A stretch of DNA of 62,883 bases, filler included, from Globobulimina sp. (Eukaryota), in NCBI GenBank assembly GCA_003354225.1. It is 51 parts of 51 records of this genome, joined end to end, with 100 filler letters (N's around TTAATTAATTAA, not from the genome) between each part and the next. Parts side by side here need not be neighbours in the genome. Positions count along the whole stretch, not along the records: positions 58,048 to 59,181 come from PIVH01022682.1; positions 59,282 to 60,415 come from PIVH01022683.1; positions 60,516 to 61,649 come from PIVH01022684.1; positions 61,750 to 62,883 come from PIVH01022685.1; 47 more parts are not named here. One strand, written 5' to 3'. How positions within the stretch are numbered: the first letter of the stretch is position 1; each line of letters begins with the position of its first letter. This document shows positions 58,048-62,883 of the stretch, piece after piece. Under the pieces are notes generated by a model. That model saw nothing but the letters and a program-made list of their open reading frames with translations, was not told the DNA's origin and did no database searches. A program made the translations under genes and the position numbers.

Positions 58048-58575
58048 ATGTATTTTGATTTTAAAGAGTGGCAACATCGGTATGCAGAATGGCAGAAATC
58101 AGTCAATCCGTCGAATACAGCGAGCACAGCGACGTTGATGACTGATATCACCAATACATTGATTGAGGAGGAAGGGAACGAAGAAGGTGACTCTAAAGTG
58201 AATATTGTGAATATGGATGAAATGGAAATGATGGATGGTGTGCAAATTATGAATAGCAAATTGGAGCAGGACGAGAAGATAAAGAATAATAAGTCTGGCG
58301 AGGAAATGAAACAAATAAGTGATAGCAAACCGGCCTTAACCCTTCAAATCATTGCAAACAATATGTATGAGCCATGTAAGTTGTTTTTTATGTGCAATGC
58401 GCCGATTTGGTTGATCTGTGGGAATTTTACAGGGATTGTGGCTGCGCGAATGTTAACCAATGCGGTATTATTAAACCCCGTAAATATCACTACTGCGTTC
58501 GCTTCAATGTGCTATATTGACAATTATGACAATGATAATTTGCATCTGTTGCATGATACCGATACGGCTCACTAG
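58048..58575 (+). CDS. Hypothetical protein C-terminus
   Basis: ORF from the contig start. Confidence 0.45.
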   Translation: MYFDFKEWQHRYAEWQKSVNPSNTASTATLMTDITNTLIEEEGNEEGDSKVNIVNMDEMEMMDGVQIMNSKLEQDEKIKNNKSGEEMKQISDSKPALTLQIIANNMYEPCKLFFMCNAPIWLICGNFTGIVAARMLTNAVLLNPVNITTAFASMCYIDNYDNDNLHLLHDTDTAH

Positions 58576-58882
58576 CTCTAGATTCTATTGTTGATAAATT
58601 TTAATGTTTTCAGAATTAATTAAATTCATATATTATTTTAAACGGTGCATTTCTATTTTTCCATTTATCAGAGACCACAGTTTAGATAAATTCGAGTTAT
58701 ACGAGATTATACAACAAAGAGTAAAGAAATGAATTTAGAATAATAACTTTATTAACGTAATATAAAATGATTACCAATCCCTAAAGTCGGAAAAAAAAAG
58801 AAAAAAAACACATTGCTTCACTCAAAGCAAACATACATACATAAAATAAGGACAAATAGGAGGAGTATAAAATGATTAATAT

Positions 58883-59181
58883 TTATTTTTTCTTTTTAAT
58901 GGATGTTTTTTTATGGCCAGTCTCCTTTCTCCAATATTTCTCGAACTTCACCAATAATTTGTCTGCGGCTTGTCTTGATTTCGGCTCTTTTAATTGCGAG
59001 AATCTCTCCACCCGAACTTTTCTCACAATTTCGTCAAAAACCTTTGGTTTCACAGTCTTCACATCTTCCGGACTGAAGACGTCATTGGCCACTAACTCTT
59101 CAAATAACGCCATTTGCGAAAAACCTTGTTTCCTCATAAAATCTTTTAACGGCTTGGCCCTTCCCTCCAATTCTGCGATTT
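58883..59181 (-). CDS. Hypothetical protein C-terminus with basic tail
   Basis: Open to the contig end; convergent with the previous ORF. Confidence 0.5.
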
Positions 59182-59283
59182 NNNNNNNNNNNNNNNNNNN
59201 NNNNNNNNNNNNNNNNNNNNNNNNNTTAATTAATTAANNNNNNNNNNNNNNNNNNNNNNNNNNNNNNNNNNNNNNNNNNNNAA

Positions 59284-59754
59284 GAAAATGAGACGGATCG
59301 TTTCCGGAAACTTCAGAGGAAATATGAAAAATTAGAGAAAAAAAAATTGAAATTAACCAGTCGCATTTCTGCCTTGCAGTGCGACGTTGAGGACAGAGAT
59401 CGCAAAATAAGGGATTATGAGAATGATCGGGATGGCGAGGACAATGCGCCCAGAAATTGGAAATGTGAGATTGTGCGAGAGTTTACGACGAATAATGAGA
59501 AACAGTATGAAGTGAAATGGGATAATACAATGATGAAAGCGGTCGACGTCAGTGACCATCCGGTGAGGAAATGGAAGAGAAAGATTAAGCGAGAGCTGGT
59601 TGGGAATAATAGTAATAACGGAGATGTTGAGGAGAGTGAGAGTGAGAGTGACAGCGATGATGAAAGTGAGGAAAGTGAGGAAAGTGAGGAAAGTGGACAG
59701 AGAGATAAGAAAATGAATGATGTAAATCACGGAAAAGGGGAAGGCGAACAATAA
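59284..59754 (+). CDS. Coiled-coil plus chromodomain-like plus acidic tail fragment
   Basis: WKCEIVREFTTNNEKQYEVKWDNT. Confidence 0.45.
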   Translation, partial: ENETDRFRKLQRKYEKLEKKKLKLTSRISALQCDVEDRDRKIRDYENDRDGEDNAPRNWKCEIVREFTTNNEKQYEVKWDNTMMKAVDVSDHPVRKWKRKIKRELVGNNSNNGDVEESESESDSDDESEESEESEESGQRDKKMNDVNHGKGEGEQ

Positions 59755-59875
59755 TTATGATATTAAATTGTTTGTATTTTTAATATTAAAGTAATAAAAG
59801 TATAAGTTTTATCTGACATTAAAATCTATATATTTCGAAAACCTGCATTTTAAAATCTTACTTTAAATTGTTTAA

Positions 59876-60415
59876 ATGTCGACTAGACACCAAGCACCAC
59901 GACATGTACAGCAAGCGCATAAACTCCAAGTCATTAATATGACGCATATACAACAATATCAATTCAAAGACTCTTTTCCTGACGGACCTACATTGCCTCC
60001 CTTGGAACAAGCAGATGATACAACAGACACTGCACTTGTCACTGCCAATGCAGCTTCAAATCGTCATCAAATTGGAGCACAAGCACAAGCACAGGCTGTT
60101 GATATTGATCATGAGTTAAACTCAATTTTAGGCATAAACAATAAAAAAAATAAAAATAAAAAACGTCAACGCTTGCGAACAACCCTTCAAAATACAAACA
60201 CATACTCACATTCATCGCCACCCACAAAAAGAAGAAAATTCACAATCACCTATTCTTCAGCAATAAATAATAAAAACAAAACCCATAATAACAATAATAA
60301 GCCATTGAGCAAAAGACATAAAAGGAAAAAACAACAAAGCAAACAGCATACACATAAATTGCAAGAAACCATAACCAATGATATTCATATTAATAATGAC
60401 AACAACGACGACAAC
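59876..60415 (+). CDS. Low-complexity hypothetical protein with NLS-like motif (truncated)
   Basis: PPTKRRK; Asn/Lys runs. Confidence 0.4.
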
Positions 60416-60524
60416 NNNNNNNNNNNNNNNNNNNNNNNNNNNNNNNNNNNNNNNNNNNNTTAATTAATTAANNNNNNNNNNNNNNNNNNNNNNNNNNNNN
60501 NNNNNNNNNNNNNNNAATATATCG

Positions 60525-61094
60525 TTGAATGACTGTATTGTGATATTTGAGGCGATTACCAAAGGAATGGAATATTGTATACCTGCGCATATATTGCGAT
60601 TAATGTTGAATAGAATGAAAGAACAGTTGAAATATAGTACGCTGAGTGTGCGGGAATTAATTTGTTTGTTGGAAAGTGTGAATAAATTAGGTTTAAATGA
60701 TAATATTTTCCATGGGATAATGTCAAAGAAATTGATAAATGGAATAAGAGAAAGAAGCAAAAACGAATGGAATTATTCGGAATTTATTGGTTTATTAACT
60801 GTTATAAATGAACATGAAATATTGTATAAAAATCTTGATTTGGTTTATTGTGTTTTGAGTGCATTGCAATTAAGCAAACAAGGCTGGGGACAAATGGATT
60901 GTGCACCGATTCAATTATTGTATCAGGAATTTATTGCTTTAGAAAAGAGTTTGTTGGACAATGCATTTATTATTAATGTGGATGACAATCAAGATCTGGA
61001 CGTCAATAATAATAATCCTGCAAATTTGAGTGTTTTAGTTGCTGCGATTCGACATAAAATCGATAAAAGATTGGACCATGAAGTATTAAAATAG
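60525..61094 (+). CDS. Hypothetical helical protein C-terminus
   Basis: 189-codon ORF. Confidence 0.5.
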   Translation: MNDCIVIFEAITKGMEYCIPAHILRLMLNRMKEQLKYSTLSVRELICLLESVNKLGLNDNIFHGIMSKKLINGIRERSKNEWNYSEFIGLLTVINEHEILYKNLDLVYCVLSALQLSKQGWGQMDCAPIQLLYQEFIALEKSLLDNAFIINVDDNQDLDVNNNNPANLSVLVAAIRHKIDKRLDHEVLK

Positions 61095-61344
61095 ATCTGT
61101 TTTTGCCATAAAATGTAACAATAGTAAATATAATCCGTCTTATTATTCATCAATTATGTCAACAAACTTCTCCTTGTTAATCTCCTTAGAAATGTATGTT
61201 TGGGATTTTGATTCTTGAAACTTTGCGGTTCTTTTGTCCCGTTGCAGATAGAAACGTTTTTCAAGGTTTTAATTAAGCCATTCATTTGTATACAGACAAA
61301 AACAAAATCCAAATGTCACTGTTTTTTTTTTCATCTTCTGACAT

Positions 61345-61647
61345 TTAAATTTTACAAACTATTATTCGTGTTTCCTCAAAGCCAGGATACATTTCAATAA
61401 TTTCTTCATCTTTATCAAAATAATTTGAATTAAATAATAAGGGTTCCTTAATATATTGTGGCGGATTGGCATCATGAACAGATAAACATTGATTATATTC
61501 ATTGTCTCCCCATAAATAATATTTATTATCCGCTGTTTTAATGACATTATGATATATACCACATTTAATCTCAATAATTGTTTCCTTTTTTAATGTTTCA
61601 TTTGGTTGTGGTAAATATACATCTTCATCTGAACCGTTTCCACATTG
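61345..61647 (-). CDS. RCC1-repeat protein C-terminus (not in ORF track)
   Basis: QCGNGSDEDVYLPQP...IIEIKCGIYHNVIKTADNKYYLWGDNEYNQCL. Confidence 0.8.
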   Translation of the reverse strand, partial: QCGNGSDEDVYLPQPNETLKKETIIEIKCGIYHNVIKTADNKYYLWGDNEYNQCLSVHDANPPQYIKEPLLFNSNYFDKDEEIIEMYPGFEETRIIVCKI

Positions 61648-61808
61648 ATNNNNNNNNNNNNNNNNNNNNNNNNNNNNNNNNNNNNNNNNNNNNTTAATTA
61701 ATTAANNNNNNNNNNNNNNNNNNNNNNNNNNNNNNNNNNNNNNNNNNNNCAGCCTCAAATACAAATAAGTTTAATAATAAGTTTGCTGCTGATACCGGTT
61801 TAAAAATT

Positions 61809-62405
61809 GTGGATGTGGATGACGTGGAATATGTTGATATCATTTCTGATGAGGATGATGACAAAGAAAACATTAATGATGATACAGATACAGATGCGGA
61901 TGATGCTGACGTTGATGATGAATCTATTTCGTCTGAGTCTGAGGATGACAGTTTGGAGGTGTCATGGCACAGTGACTTAAAAAATAAATTTAATATTCCA
62001 TTGTTACCATTACACAAAATTGATCACGCTCAAATGCAAACTAATGAGGAAATACAGGTAATACAGAAAGAACAGCTAATGGATGCAAACAAAAACGAAG
62101 ATGATGCAAATGATAATTTGATGGGTGACTCAGCAGAGTCAGACCTAACATGTACATATATTCACTCATTTTTACAAGAACTATCAATCAAAAATAATAC
62201 AAATGACATTTCGATGGATATCAATGACGAATCAAAACAAAAAGCTGCAAACAATGCATCGGATGATGAACAATTGAAAACGTTCAAAAGTAAGGACTTA
62301 CATGATTTTTTAGCAAATTCTCTGAGAAAAACAAACCAGAAAAATAAATTGTGGATGAAATATTTAAATAATAATACGAATGTAAATAATTCCGACGAAT
62401 CATGA
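61809..62405 (+). CDS. Acidic low-complexity protein C-terminus
   Basis: Asp/Glu-rich ORF. Confidence 0.5.
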   Translation: MDVDDVEYVDIISDEDDDKENINDDTDTDADDADVDDESISSESEDDSLEVSWHSDLKNKFNIPLLPLHKIDHAQMQTNEEIQVIQKEQLMDANKNEDDANDNLMGDSAESDLTCTYIHSFLQELSIKNNTNDISMDINDESKQKAANNASDDEQLKTFKSKDLHDFLANSLRKTNQKNKLWMKYLNNNTNVNNSDES

Positions 62406-62477
62406 ACTTTGTGTTGTTTTCGTGTTTGCTGACAAGGGTGTTTGTGATATTTAAAATATTATTTCATTTTATACATT

Positions 62478-62632
62478 TGGCACTTCCATAAACCTCATAC
62501 CCAATCGTGATTTTTTATTGTATACCGAGTCTAAAGAAGAAGCTGCAAAATATGGCACCATCCATAAACCAAATACACCAATCGTGATTTTTTGTTGTAT
62601 ACCGAGTCTAAAGAAGGAGCTGCAAAATATGG
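62478..62632. repeat. About 76-bp tandem duplication
   Basis: CCAATCGTGATTTTT..TTGTATACCGAGTCTAAAGAAG.AGCTGCAAAATATGG twice. Confidence 0.85.
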
Positions 62633-62883
62633 ATCTATATACTCTAAGTCAACAGCATACCTGCAAACAATGTTATTTATACATATTATTATGACATCAT
62701 CCAACAATCGAACATGTATAAATACTGCTTCTTTATATCATTGATAAACTTATGGGGTATAATATTTCCATATCTAAACTTTGCATATGTTGATCGCAAA
62801 GTGGAAGCAGTAACTAGATGTTATCATTCAATCACTGACCAGCTTACTGAAACTTAGTGGAAATGAAAACTGATTCCTAACAT

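Noticed and set aside
1137..61749. Regularly spaced TTAATTAATTAA motif every about 1235 nt
   Set aside because: Artificial concatenation linker embedded in Ns; cross-contig gene order has no biological meaning.
1..62883. rRNA or tRNA genes
   Set aside because: No recognisable conserved rRNA segments or cloverleaf signatures by eye; tRNAscan-SE/Infernal would be needed to exclude them.

Overview
This is not a contiguous locus. It is 51 size-sorted contigs of about 1.13 kb (1136 down to 1134 bp) joined by 50 artificial 100-nt spacers (N44-TTAATTAATTAA-N44, stops in all six frames). Gene neighbourhood is therefore meaningful only within a contig, and every ORF ending in 'XXX/LIN' is truncated. 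Most contigs come from an AT-rich, standard-code eukaryote with short (about 56-105 nt) GT-AG introns; a foraminiferan/rhizarian-like protist is my inference. Recognisable eukaryotic genes: Tim21, RecQ C-terminus, PKG, Fe-S L-serine dehydratase, RING-WWE ligase, Sen1-like helicase, dual-specificity phosphatase, GH27, MFS, CARMIL-like, PSMD5-like, SF3B3-like, SR protein, RCC1 repeats and an eRF1 paralogue. Mobile DNA is abundant: Gypsy integrases and Gag, Penelope RT and GIY-YIG, LINE RT-RNase H, a Polinton-type integrase, a PIF1/Helitron-like helicase and foldback MITEs. Two contigs look wholly prokaryotic: a translationally coupled ORF plus methyltransferase-like gene, and a promoter/SD-driven CE-clan protease. 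Three contigs are prokaryote/eukaryote chimeras (bacterial Cache domain, archaeal L19e, bacterial purA), suggesting whole-genome-amplified single-cell material. No complete novel multi-gene system can be demonstrated. The best leads are the eRF1 paralogue with GGC in place of GGQ, the bacterial Ulp1-like effector, a CRISPR-like hairpin repeat array next to a eukaryotic gene, and the methyltransferase operon fragment. All family assignments come from motif recognition by eye, not database searches.
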